Shown here: positions 13,401 to 23,450 of the stretch, in pieces
Position numbering within the stretch: position 1 is the first letter of the stretch
How the letters are laid out: each line of letters opens with the position of its first letter
Assembly (NCBI GenBank): GCA_012295275.1
Contig: CM022676.1
Span: forward strand, 1,364,001-1,428,000
Direction of reading: 5' to 3'
DNA length: 64,000 bases
From: Chrysomallon squamiferum
Taxonomy: Eukaryota; Animalia; Mollusca
The notes under the pieces: generated by a model
What the model was told of the DNA's origin: nothing
Database searches by the model: none
Seen by the model: the letters and a program-made list of their open reading frames with translations, nothing else
Program-made: the position numbers and the translations under genes

Positions 13401-16400
13401 TTTTATCTTTACTTCAGCATGAGAGTCCAGTTATTCATATACCACTATAAGAGTTGTATGGTGAATCTAATGAAAGAAGAAATTTAATTTGTAGATGTGA
13501 ACTGAATTCAACATAATTTAGATCACATTAAGTTTTTATTACTAGTTTTCTGTTCCTAATAATAATTGATTTAAAGTAATTTTCTTTTATAAATTATCTA
13601 ATGATTATATAAAAAATGTTTTATATATATAAAGAATCAGAGTTTAAATATTGTTTTCTATACTGAAACTGATAAAGTACAAAAAGTTTGGAATTAGAAT
13701 TTATTTTTATTAATTTTTATTTTTATTAATTTTTATTTTTATTTATTTTCCAGAGTCGTTTCTTACTGCTTCTTATAGGAAATATTATAAACTGGTCATT
13801 GTAAGTGTTCATTTTATATATATGTATATTAAAATTACTTTCTGTTTATTTAATTTTCCACAAAGTCTCTCACTCTTTCTTTCTCATTCTCTCTCTCCTC
13901 TTTCTTTCACCCTCACTTTATATTTCTCTCAATCTCTCACATACAAGAACATTAAATCAGTTTCAGTTTCATTTCTCAGTACTTAATGGTCCATATTCAA
14001 AATACAAATATCACTTTCAGTGCTTTATATGGGGCTATAAAACAACCTGGTGACTTTGCTACGTATCTGCTGGCTGTGTTCATTGGAAATCTTCTACTTT
14101 ACAGCTTATTTTACATTATTATGAAGGTGGGTATATTTTGTATTAGTTATTATGAAAATATTTTTATTTTACATTATTATGAAAACAGGTATTTTTAAGA
14201 TTACTAAGAAAGCAGGTCAGTTTTTATGTTTTTATGAAAAGACGTCTGTTTTGAATTATTTATACCATGTATGATAAATATTAATTAGCACTTTTTGTTG
14301 TTGTTTTTGTTGTTTTTGTTGTTTTTATATATTCTATGCTTAAATAGCCAGAGAAGAGAGAGAGATAGTCTGATTTGAAAATGGAGAAAAACAATAGATT
14401 TAAAATCAGTTCGTTCATTTTTCTCATTCCAGCTGTTGTCAGGGGAGACACTGCGGACTCTTCCACTGACTTGTATTATTCTTGCTACAATAACTTGGGC
14501 TGCAGCGCTCTTCTTTTTCTTCTCTCATCTGACTTCATGGCAGGTGTGTTATTTAATTTCTTAAGATATATTTCTTCTTCTTGATTTTTTAACTTAAATA
14601 TTATAATGTACTAAATGTACTATGTACAGATGTAAAATGTTACTTTCTTCCTCTCATGGAGCAAAGCAGTTAACATAATGTGTATAAATCAAGTACAATC
14701 TAGATAATATTGAGAGTAAAATTATAATTAAAGCTTTTGTTACTTCTAAACTAAAAACTGATAAATCCTCTAAAGGTGAAGGTTAGAGAGAAGGAAGACA
14801 GGGAAGGGTTAGAGAGGAATGACTTTGTGAGTGATATTTGTTTATGTAGAAAACTCCCAGAGAGTTCTGTGATTAACTGACGTGTTTGTTTATGTAGAAA
14901 ACTCCCAGAGTGAGAGTTCAGTAATTAATTGATGTGTTTGTTTATGTAGAAGACTCCCAGAGTGAGAGTTCAGTAATTAATTGATGTGTTTGTTTATGTA
15001 GAAGACTCCCAGAGTGAGAGTTCAGTGATTAATTGACCTGTTTGTTTATGTAGAAGACTCCCAGAGTGAGAGTTCAGTAATTAATTGATGTGTTTGTTTA
15101 TGTAGAAGACTCCCAGAGTGAGAGTTCAGTGATTAATTGATGTGTTTATGTAGAAAACTCCCAGAGTGAGAGTTCAGTAATTAATTGATGTGTTTGTTTA
15201 TGTAGAAGACTCCCAGAGTGAGAGTTCAGTGATTAATTGATGTGTTTATGTAGAAAACTTTGTTTATGTAGAAGACTCCCAGAGTGAGAGTTCAGTAATT
15301 AATTGATGTGTTTGTTTATGTAGAAAACTCCCAGAGTGAGAGTTCAGTGATTAATTGACCTGTTTGTTTATGTAGAAAACTCCCAGAGTGAGAGTTCAGT
15401 GATTAATTGACCTGTTTGTTTATGTAGAAGACTCCCAGAGTGAGAGTTCAGTGATTAATTGATGTGTTTGTTTATGTAGAAGACTCCCAGAGTGAGAGTT
15501 CAGTAATTAATTGATGTGTTTGTTTATGTAGAAGACTCCCAGAGTGAGAGTTCAGTAATTAATTGATGTGTTTATGTAGAAGACTCCCAGAGTGAGAGTT
15601 CAGTGATTAATTGACCTGTTTGTTTATGTAGAAAACTCCCAGAGTGAGAGTTCTGTGTTTAACTGACGTGTTTATTAGAAAACTCCCAGAGTGAGAGTTC
15701 AGTGTTTGTTTATGTAGAAGACTCCCAGAGTGAGAGTTCAGTGATTAATTGATGTGTTTGTTTACGTAGAAGACTTTGAGAGTTCAGTAATTAATTGATG
15801 TGTTTGTTTATGTAGAAGACTCCCAGAGTGAGAGTTCAGTAATTAATTGATGTGTTTGTTTATGTAGAAAACTCCCAGAGTGAGAGTTCAGTGATTAATT
15901 GATGTGTTTGTTTATGTAGAAGACTCCCAGAGTGAGAGTTCAGTGATTAATTGATGTGTTTGTTTATGTAGAAAACTCCCAGAGTGAGTTCTGTGTTTAA
16001 TTGATGTGTTTGTTTATGTAGAAAACTCCCAGAGTGAGTTCTGTGTTTAATTGATGTGTTTGTTTATGTAGAAGACTCCCAGAGTGAGAGTTCAGTAATT
16101 AATTGATGTGTTTGTTTATGTAGAAGGCTCCCAGAGTGAGAGTTCTGTGTTTAACTGACGTGTTTGTTTATGTAGAAAACTCCCAGAGTGAGTTCTGTGT
16201 TTAATTGATGTGTTTGTTTATGTAGAAGACTCCCAGAGTGAGAGTTCAGTGATTAATTGATGTGTTTGTTTATGTAGAAGACTCCCGCTGGTTCCAGGGA
16301 ATGGAATCGTGACTGCATTATACTGCAGTTCTATGACGCTCATGACATCTGGCACTTCCTGTCTGCCATTAGTTTGTTTTTTTCATTTCTCGTGAGTGTT

Positions 16401-17022
16401 TTACATTTTATGATTTAACAGTGAAAGTAATTTATAAAGCTATGACTGTGCAGTGTAATAGTAAATGGAATGAGCACACAAAAATACTGTTACATGTGTG
16501 AAAAGAAAACTACCTATTCAAAACACATATTTTAAAATAAGTAAAGCAGACAGGTTATATTTAAAAACAACACACGGCTTTAGATATACAGTGATATTGA
16601 AAGTAAGTACACCATATACATTTAAACTGTTATAAAGTAAGTAAATTATATTTAAACTGTTATGTTTAAAATGTAAGTAAATTATAGAAGTTATATTTAT
16701 ACTGTTATGTTTAAAAAGTAAGTAAATTATAGTTATATTTAAATGTTTATATTTCAAAAATAAGTTGAACATACAGTACCTGTTGAGTTATGTGAGTTTC
16801 TTTGTGATTGTTATAACAGTAACATTAGCATACACTGAAATCACACGTTCATCTACCTCACTGATGAACTCTTTGCTGTTCCCCATGTCTGTAGTAAACA
16901 TTTTCAATCGGTTGTTGTTAATTCTATTTATATGTTGTAATTCTTTTTTCATTTTCTAGATTTTGTTAACTCTCGATGATGACCTGACCTTCACCAGACG
17001 TGATAAAATTCCAGTGTTTTGA
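709..17022 (+). CDS. SIDT1: SID1 transmembrane family member (SIDT1/SIDT2/CHUP-1-like), 5'-partial, 20 exons in window
   Basis: Exons 709-870, 1281-1425, 1657-1740, 2528-2672, 2970-3063, 3464-3507, 6987-7061, 7953-8113, 8469-8609, 9145-9293, 9688-9736, 10240-10357, 11709-11845, 12219-12321, 12697-12770, 13754-13800, 14021-14126, 14433-14543, 16278-16391, 16960-17022 all have AG/GT ends and matching phases, giving about 706 aa. Hallmarks: [87 protein letters not shown]...[12 protein letters not shown]1 vs SIDT2 cannot be resolved in an invertebrate. Confidence 0.96.
1281..1425 (+). CDS. SIDT1: SIDT exon [28 protein letters not shown]...VQKIE
   Basis: tttcag/gtttg; matches SIDT PS.P.YF.Y.FP.GV.SV motif. 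Confidence 0.92.
1543..1590. repeat. (CA)n microsatellite
   Basis: Perfect dinucleotide run; similar runs at about 17225-17262, 17546-17570 and 20010-20070. Confidence 0.95.
1657..1740 (+). CDS. SIDT1: SIDT exon [28 protein letters not shown]
   Basis: ttgcag/gtataa; conserved CPV.DLD..QTMT.KAA. Confidence 0.95.
2050..2470. repeat. Degenerate (AGT/AAT/AGC)n low-complexity tract
   Basis: Decayed trinucleotide repeat; explains the Leu-rich minus-strand ORF 2034-2231. Confidence 0.8.
2528..2672 (+). CDS. SIDT1: SIDT exon [16 protein letters not shown]...KTALS
   Basis: tttcag/gtaagt; phase 0-1. Confidence 0.9.
2970..3063 (+). CDS. SIDT1: SIDT exon encoding TM1 ([24 protein letters not shown])
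   Basis: atgcag/gtttgt; LG.FLSFY motif. Confidence 0.93.
3464..3507 (+). CDS. SIDT1: SIDT exon (cytosolic loop) [14 protein letters not shown]
   Basis: tttcag/gtaaaa; phase 2-1 fits neighbours. Confidence 0.85.
3841..5422 (-). mobile_element. Internally deleted hAT element (ZNF862/TTF zinc-finger type) in a SIDT intron
   Basis: Imperfect TIRs CAGGGTTTGA (3841) and TCAAAGCCTG (ends 5422), with subterminal ACCAGT.G..CTAGT motifs at both ends. Minus-strand remnants [44 protein letters not shown] (TTF zinc finger) and [12 protein letters not shown] (hAT C-terminus). No clean TSD. Confidence 0.6.
5749..5811 (+). CDS. SIDT1: Candidate SIDT cassette exon [21 protein letters not shown]
   Basis: ccctccttcccacag acceptor, CAG|gtgaga donor, 63 nt, symmetric phase 1-1, open, GC-richer than the intron. 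Confidence 0.6.
6987..7061 (+). CDS. SIDT1: SIDT exon [25 protein letters not shown]
   Basis: ttacag/gtaaaa; phase 1-1; YGS motif of the SIDT cytosolic loop. Confidence 0.85.
7953..8113 (+). CDS. SIDT1: SIDT exon ...[18 protein letters not shown]
   Basis: ttgcag/gtctgt; conserved D.L.D.D.EK.IIRTK. Confidence 0.92.
8469..8609 (+). CDS. SIDT1: SIDT exon [11 protein letters not shown]...[23 protein letters not shown] (TM2)
   Basis: tcacag/gtaaat; strong family motif. Confidence 0.95.
8786..9144 (+). repeat. 40-bp minisatellite (about 9 units) built from the acceptor of SIDT exon 9145
   Basis: Unit gttctatgacaaactaaattttaaatattatttattttag, ending in register at the true acceptor. Confidence 0.95.
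9145..9293 (+). CDS. SIDT1: SIDT exon [22 protein letters not shown]...SNIGYVMLG
   Basis: AAG acceptor at 9142-9144 (required by phase and alignment length), gtaggg donor. Confidence 0.93.
9688..9736 (+). CDS. SIDT1: SIDT exon [17 protein letters not shown]
   Basis: tttcag/gtattt; phase 2-0. Confidence 0.9.
10029..10098. repeat. (GA)n microsatellite
   Basis: Perfect run; followed by (CTAT)n/(CTGT)n at about 10365-10510. Confidence 0.95.
10240..10357 (+). CDS. SIDT1: SIDT exon [39 protein letters not shown]
   Basis: tttcag/gtatga; contains catalytic Ser/Zn His (SACYH). Confidence 0.97.
11709..11845 (+). CDS. SIDT1: SIDT exon [29 protein letters not shown]...VGV
   Basis: ttgtag/gtaagt; RHPDINA motif. 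Confidence 0.96.
12219..12321 (+). CDS. SIDT1: SIDT exon [34 protein letters not shown]
   Basis: tttcag/gtaata; QxYYMG.W motif. Confidence 0.95.
12697..12770 (+). CDS. SIDT1: SIDT exon [25 protein letters not shown]
   Basis: ttttag/gtaaca; phase 1-0. Confidence 0.92.
13754..13800 (+). CDS. SIDT1: SIDT exon [15 protein letters not shown]
   Basis: ttccag/gtaagt; R..LL..GN..NW motif. Confidence 0.94.
14021..14126 (+). CDS. SIDT1: SIDT exon [36 protein letters not shown]
   Basis: tttcag/gtgggt; DFA.YLL..NLLLY..FYIIMK. Confidence 0.96.
14433..14543 (+). CDS. SIDT1: SIDT exon [37 protein letters not shown]
   Basis: ttccag/gtgtgt; phase 0-0. Confidence 0.94.
14836..16286 (+). repeat. 52-bp minisatellite (about 29 units) containing acceptor plus first 9 nt of SIDT exon 16278
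   Basis: Unit aa(g/a)actcccagagtgagagttcagt(g/a)attaattgatgtgtttgtttatgtag; the last unit runs directly into the real exon. Confidence 0.97.
16278..16391 (+). CDS. SIDT1: SIDT exon [38 protein letters not shown]
   Basis: atgtag/gtgagt; two Zn-binding His (HDIWH). Confidence 0.96.
16960..17022 (+). CDS. SIDT1: SIDT last coding exon [20 protein letters not shown]
   Basis: ttctag acceptor; canonical SIDT C-terminus, TGA at 17020-17022. Confidence 0.96.
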   Translation: MLLTLDDDLTFTRRDKIPVF

Positions 17023-17223
17023 CCGAAGCTGTGATAAAGTTGTGAAAGTGAAAGTTTGTGTTTTGCTAGAACTAGATAATATTTAAATATTCGCAAAGAA
17101 TTAATTACTTATTTTTTATGTACTCGTTATAACATAAGGTCATACAGTATATCTCTATTTTTAGTTGTATACATATTTTTTATGTTATTGTATCCATTAG
17201 GAAATAGTTTGTTATTTGATGTG

Positions 17224-17264
<41 letters not shown>

Positions 17265-20008
17265 TATGTAACAGAATAACTGTAATATTTGAGAAATGAT
17301 ACTTTGATTCTAACAATGAAACAGTTGATGTTTTATTTGACCACTGATAAAAAAGATACAATAATTATAGTATTAGTCAGTTTTAGTAATTTGTAAAGTT
17401 GTTTTTTTATGAAAAAAGTGTTAAGATTTAATTTAGTCAATAAAAAAATATTTATAATTCTGTATAGTGTAAATTGTGTGTAATGTTATTTAGCAAACAA
17501 TAAAAGAAATAGAAATGTATTTACCCACAGAAAAAGAGATGTTATGTGTGTGTGTGTGTGTGTGTGTGTGGTAAAAGACAATAACATTATATATCCTGCA
17601 ATTATATTAAAATTAAGGTGCAAAAGAAACTGCTTTAGATATAAACATGTGAAATTTTATCTTGTGAATTCTTTTACTTAGGATTATTACAAAAAAGGAT
17701 TTTGAAATTATTAAGTAATCAATATTTTTGTTTTGATGTTAATAAATGACTTGTATTACTTTTGTGATTGTAACTGTAGATTTTTGGATATGCGGATGTT
17801 CTGGTTTTGATATTAATATGTTGTTATTAAACAAATTATTTATAATAGCTGATGATAAACAACATAGAGGTATCTTACATATATCAGAAACAACACTGTT
17901 CAAAATAATCACAGGCTGTACTAAGTAGATATTGTGTTCTGTAAATACTTACCATTTAATATAATTTGTTACCTCACCTCCAGAATCAGTCATCCTGGAT
18001 TAGAATATAAATTCTTTAAAGTAATTTTATTTCCAGAAAAATCTTCATGAATATTATTATTAACATCAGTTCAAATTTTCATTGTAAGTTCAGAAGGAAT
18101 TTATCTAATAATTATATTGGAAGCATTAGGCATATCTGTTTCTGTTCCTTTAATTTTAGTGTCATTTGGAAAATGTACTTTCGTTACAAAATTATTTTTG
18201 GGGGAAAGTGTTATGAAAATAGAAATTTTACTAATAATAAAAATAAAAATAAATGTTCAGAAAATAAATGAAACATGAATACTTACTGACAGATGTCACA
18301 AAATAACTTTTTAGAATGTTACTCAGTGTGTTCATAATTTGATTTAAAATCTGTTGTGAAAATGTATGTGTCTATGTGTCTATATATATTAAGTCCTTGT
18401 GCAGTTTTAAATTTTTATAACTTCTGATCTATAATGATAAAAATTCTTCTGTGAAAAAGATAAGAAAAAATAATTTCTGGATTTCTAAAAATATGTATTG
18501 TTGAATTTCTTAGTTTTCTACATGACCACCAGCGTTTACTGTATTTTGCCTTGTATATGTTTGTCTTTCATTATGATGGACTAACGCTCTTTTATTTTGG
18601 TTGTTATATAAAAAGCATTTTAAATTTGTTTGCATAATAGCAAAAGGAATAATTTATTGCCTAATAAAGTATTTTAAATTTAGTTTGTTTAGTTTTTCAA
18701 TCACATGACAATAGGTACCTAAAAACATAAAAATAAAACAAGGGTCAGTTGCTATATATAAGAAAATTTTATAAATGTAACACGAAGTAGCTTAATGACA
18801 GTGATATATAAAATGTTCAAAAGGAAATGTGCAGTGAAGAATTGCTTACAGATGTGTGATGTTTGTGTTTAGAAGCAGAAACCATCAGTGAGAGAGTGTC
18901 TGAATTTGAAAGGAATTCATGTACGTAAGTTTATATGTTCTAACATTATAAAGATGATAATGTGTGTGTGTGTGTGTGTGTGGACTAACCAGTGTAGGAT
19001 GGTTGGAGGTCACCACATCTAGAAGGACATTATTTTTTAAAAGGTCCCCAAAAGGACAAATTAATTACTTTTTTTACATCTTTTCTTTTCTGAATATTCA
19101 TTTTTTCCAGTTATTTATTTTTACTTATGAATATATGTATGTGACAAAATTTTCAAAATTATTATATTCCTATCACCCCAAAATATTATACATCATTAGA
19201 AAGAGATAATGAACAAAAACAAAACAAAATAAACAAACAAAAAAGAAACACATAAAATGACACCAAGATCTCCTTGATACAAAAAAGTTACGAATTTTTA
19301 TTGGAATAAAATTTGCGGGTATTTTCCCTTCATAATCTACCGAGAAAGTGTGATCCGTTTCTGTCTTTTTGCAGCATAACCACTGAATATCTCGTAGAGC
19401 TTCAATCTACTATACATGTATTATATATCAACATGAAGCTTTTATGAGTTCTAAACCTGTACTCTATTTTTAAGCAAGTTGGAAACATTTTTCTCCCTCC
19501 TAAATGACATCTGGAAATCTTTGTTATAAGAAATAATAAATTGTCATGAATTTCTTGTAATGCATATTGGTTTTGTTTATAAGGGTGGGGGGGAAATTGA
19601 AGAAAAGAAATAAAAGAAATTTAAAAAATATAACGTATAAATGTCTATTCTGATAGAAACGATATCCACTGATTACAGTCATGTAATAATAATAACCTTT
19701 ACTTTCAATTTTTCTTTTCTTTTATTGTATGGAAACTTAATGAATAAACTGGGTGATGTTGGAAAGGAACCATCTTGTAAAGTTTAACTCCAAATAAGTA
19801 TGATGACATGATGTTGATTTATTTGTGTTTTCTTTTTAATCTTCTCAGGTGTATGCACTTCTGTATGCTTATTATATGTAAATGTGTGTATGCGTATAAA
19901 TATTTTGTTTACTACTTTTGCTTATGATATTTCTGATTAATGTTTTATTTGGATTTTGGATTTGAAACAAATATAGACAACAACAACAAAATTAATTAAT
20001 TAATAATA

Positions 20009-20047
<39 letters not shown>

Positions 20048-20540
20048 CACACACACACACACACACACACATACCCCCAAAGACCATAAACTGATGCGAG
20101 CATTGCAGCTTTAATACCCAGCAGTACCGCCATCTTTTCCCCGAGTTTAACTGCATTCGTCAAATGTGGTCCGATTCAGGCGGATGCACGTGAAACTCTG
20201 ATAAAAGACTGCAGTACATTTTCTTTTTATCGTTCACTAATGAACAGTTTTGTCAGCGTCTAGTAGGTTCTGAAAGGATTACTCTGCTTGGCAGTTTGTA
20301 TGAACGAATTGGTAGGTGATATTTCTATCTCATGTTTCAGCTGAACATTTATTTTTGTCTGACGATGTCACTGTGATTGTTCCACCACTGCTGCAGACGA
20401 TACATGACATATACATTTTTTTATTTATTTTTTATCCTATTTTACCACACTATGAAAAACTAAACAATGGACTGTTTTACATCGCCTTCAAGTGTAACGA
20501 TAATAAAAAATAAAAAAAGTTATAAACAAAATGTATAAAC

Positions 20541-20792
20541 CAGTGGCGTGCAGAGAGGGGGGCGGAGGGGCGGTAGCTCAGGGCGTCCAAATGGGGAGAA
20601 TCCACTCAGAGAAAGAAATTAATAAATTTGGTTCAGTTGTATGTAAATCGAATACAGTGTTTATTTTATGTTTCATCTGTGTTTACGTATTCAAAATATT
20701 TTCCTTTCTCATAATATTTCTCACTTCTAGGTCTTATACTTGAGTCTTTGGGGCATACAATCAGGTTGACCCCAGACCTATGCACGCCACTG
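20541..20792. mobile_element. hAT-type MITE (about 250 bp)
   Basis: 12-bp TIRs CAGTGGCGTGCA / TGCACGCCACTG; 8-bp TSD gtataaac / ctataaac (7/8). Confidence 0.85.
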
Positions 20793-22260
20793 CTATAAAC
20801 TGACCCGTCCAGCGTCTTCTCTGACAAAAGTGCTAGCACATTTCTTCACAATCTGAGTTTGTACAATGAATTACTAAACTGAACATAATTGAATAATGTG
20901 ACAAGAAAGATTGTCAAAGAGGAAAATAATCTCTTCACATCTGAGCATGTCTCTTATTCACAGTACTAGAAATTTAAACTAAACAGTTATTAAATATAAA
21001 TGAAATTCATTAGTGTAAACGGTACAAGTTTAATACTGAAATGGTCGATGCTTTCAGTTTTTAATTTTTAAAATATTATTTGCAGTTCAACTTAAGTGAT
21101 AAAATTTCAAATGTACTGAAAACTATATTCATTTAAAAGTTACTTTCTGTATCTAAAACTTTAACATTAAAATTATTGTACTGATTTATAATGTATAGTT
21201 ATGTGTTGTGAAAAGTAATAAAAGCATGCATTATTTGAGTTTCACAAAGATTTATAAAATCATCAGACAATAACCCGAAAACAGCTAATAACAGTTTAAA
21301 CAGTCATTTTGTTGTTATTAATACTAGAATTTGAAAACAGTTATATTTCCTGTTTATTTCTAATCAGTTTTCTCATCTCATATTATTTTGATGTTTAAAG
21401 AATCACATTATGGCTGATGGTGGTTGTTGGATACATGGTCCTAACGTCACTTAAATTAACAAATGTAAAATATGATATAGGATGCTGTTATTTTTGTTAA
21501 AAAAAAATTTCTGCTTTTTATATGAAAATTTGCACATTATTTTTATGGTTTTCATATTTATTTATAAATTTGTTTATTTTTAAAATATTTCAATAAATAT
21601 TTTTTTTTTCACAAAAACATTTAAAAATTTATTTGTAAATTCTGTGATTTGTTTAAGTTATAATTATATTTCTCGTGCTTGAAATATGCATGTATGTATG
21701 TACTAAAATAAACTCTTTCATAATACAGAAATATTAATTTGTTCTACGTTTTGGTGATTTCCTGCAAACACAATTGTTCTCAAGCATGCTGCTTCTGTCT
21801 CAGCAAGCAATTTATTTTAAAACAATAATTTGTAATTATTTTTATTTATTTATTTATTTATTTTTTATAAATCCGTGTCTTTCTTGTTAGGCTGCTAGTG
21901 ATGCACTGGTGATATTTTCAGCATTGAAAAATGAAACATGAGATAGTTGTTTTAGTCTAAACAATAACTAATAATAAGTTTGTGAAACTGTTTATCTGTC
22001 ATAAGCAGTATGGGGAGTGGTTATGTTTAAATTCTGGTTCCATTCACACCAGCTCCATAAACACACATAAACACAGTGACACCACACAACACAGCGTTTC
22101 TCCATCAACCAGGCAATTTTCCATTTTCATTTTCAAGATAATTATGAAGGAGAAATTTAAAATACTTTTAGGTTGTTTTTTTCTGCATTTCACACAAATG
22201 ATTAATTAAAGGAAATGTAACTGGATACTTTTACGATTTTCTTTTATTAACAGCAAGGAG

Positions 22261-22620
22261 AATATCTCCATAATGAGGAAATGTATACCATAGACTGATA
22301 CTTAACTGTGAATGGAAGCTTATACCCATAATGAGGAAATGTATACCATGGTCTGTGATAATTAACTGTGAATGGAAGCTTATACCCATAATGAGGAAAT
22401 GTATACCATAGTCTGTGATAATTAACTGTGAATGGAAGCTTATACCCATAATGAGGACATGTATACCATGGTCTGTGATAATTAACTGTGAATGGAAGCT
22501 TATACCCATAATGAGGACATGTATACCATGGTCTGTGATAATTAACTGTGAATGGAAGCTTATACCCATAATGAGGAAATGTATACCATAGACTGTGATA
22601 CTTAACCGAGTGGAAGCTGT
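22261..22620. repeat. 60-bp minisatellite, about 6 copies
   Basis: Unit tatacccataatgagga(a/c)atgtataccat(g/a)gtctgtgataattaactgtgaatggaagct. Confidence 0.95.
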
Positions 22621-23169
22621 GCAGTGAGTGAGCATCGAGGAATGAAGAATAACAATAAGCATCATAAAGTACTGAGTACTCCAACAAGAAAAAGGTAAGT
22701 GAAGCTGCTTAAAAATATTTGTATTAATACTTCAGCTAATTTTCAAAATTCAACTATTGTCATTATGCTATTAGTCAAACTTCTTTGATGTATATTGTTG
22801 TTGTATATTTGTATTTTGTGTCCTATGTTATTTGCCTAATGTATATATTGTGTATGTTTGTTGTTTTTGTATGTTTGTATTTTTTCTCAGGAGTTGTCTG
22901 TTTTGGGTCAGACCTGTGTGCAGTTTGTGTGTATACTGTGTGATGTGGTATGTGTTGTGTGGTCTGTTGTTTTGAATGCTGCAGTGTGATGTTACTTGTT
23001 CTCTATGGTGTGTGTAATGGTATCAGGAAAATGACCAGAATGATTTTCAAGTAACATTCCAATCAATTATTCAAAGTCTTATCCAAAACTTGCCTTCAAA
23101 AAAACTATGACCAATGGAAGGAACTCCGTGATGGAGTGAAGGAAGAAGGCAACATGTCTGTAAAGCTAA

Positions 23170-23450
23170 ATTGTGCTGTTACTGGATGCTTCTTTCATTT
23201 GAGCCAATGCATCTGGTGCCAAGTTCAACTCATTAGTCTGGCAGTTCATTGCAATACTGATGAAGCATTTGCTTTACTGATCCATCAAATCGCAGATGTT
23301 ATTCATGTTACAATGTTCGTATGTGGAACATGCACCAGTGGTTGTAAAAAAAAATGTGCCTGGGTTTAACAACTTCGTGGAAGGGTGGCACCATTGCTTC
23401 CAGTCAAACATTGGCACCTGCCATCTGAATTTCTGGAAGTTTAGACATTG
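23170..23450 (+). mobile_element. Mutator (MULE) transposase remnant
   Basis: VTGCFFHLSQCIW.QVQ..L...(D)..F (MULE CxxH block), then WN and NNFVEGWHH.FQS.IG..H.NFWKF in another frame; no TIRs seen. Confidence 0.75.

Noticed and set aside
11400-13450. Faint RTE-like RT fragments (LEW..FINF, QNRSG) in SIDT introns, minus strand
   Set aside because: Only a few residues match; boundaries cannot be defined
14836-16286. CRISPR-like appearance of regular repeats
   Set aside because: No unique spacers, eukaryotic intron, no cas genes; it is a head-to-tail minisatellite
17023-18700. SIDT polyadenylation site
   Set aside because: Several AATAAA hexamers in AT-rich DNA; cannot choose without transcript data
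22231-22687. Two long minus-strand ORFs (144 and 146 aa) with 20-aa repeats
   Set aside because: By-products of a 60-bp stop-free minisatellite; no splice or homology support
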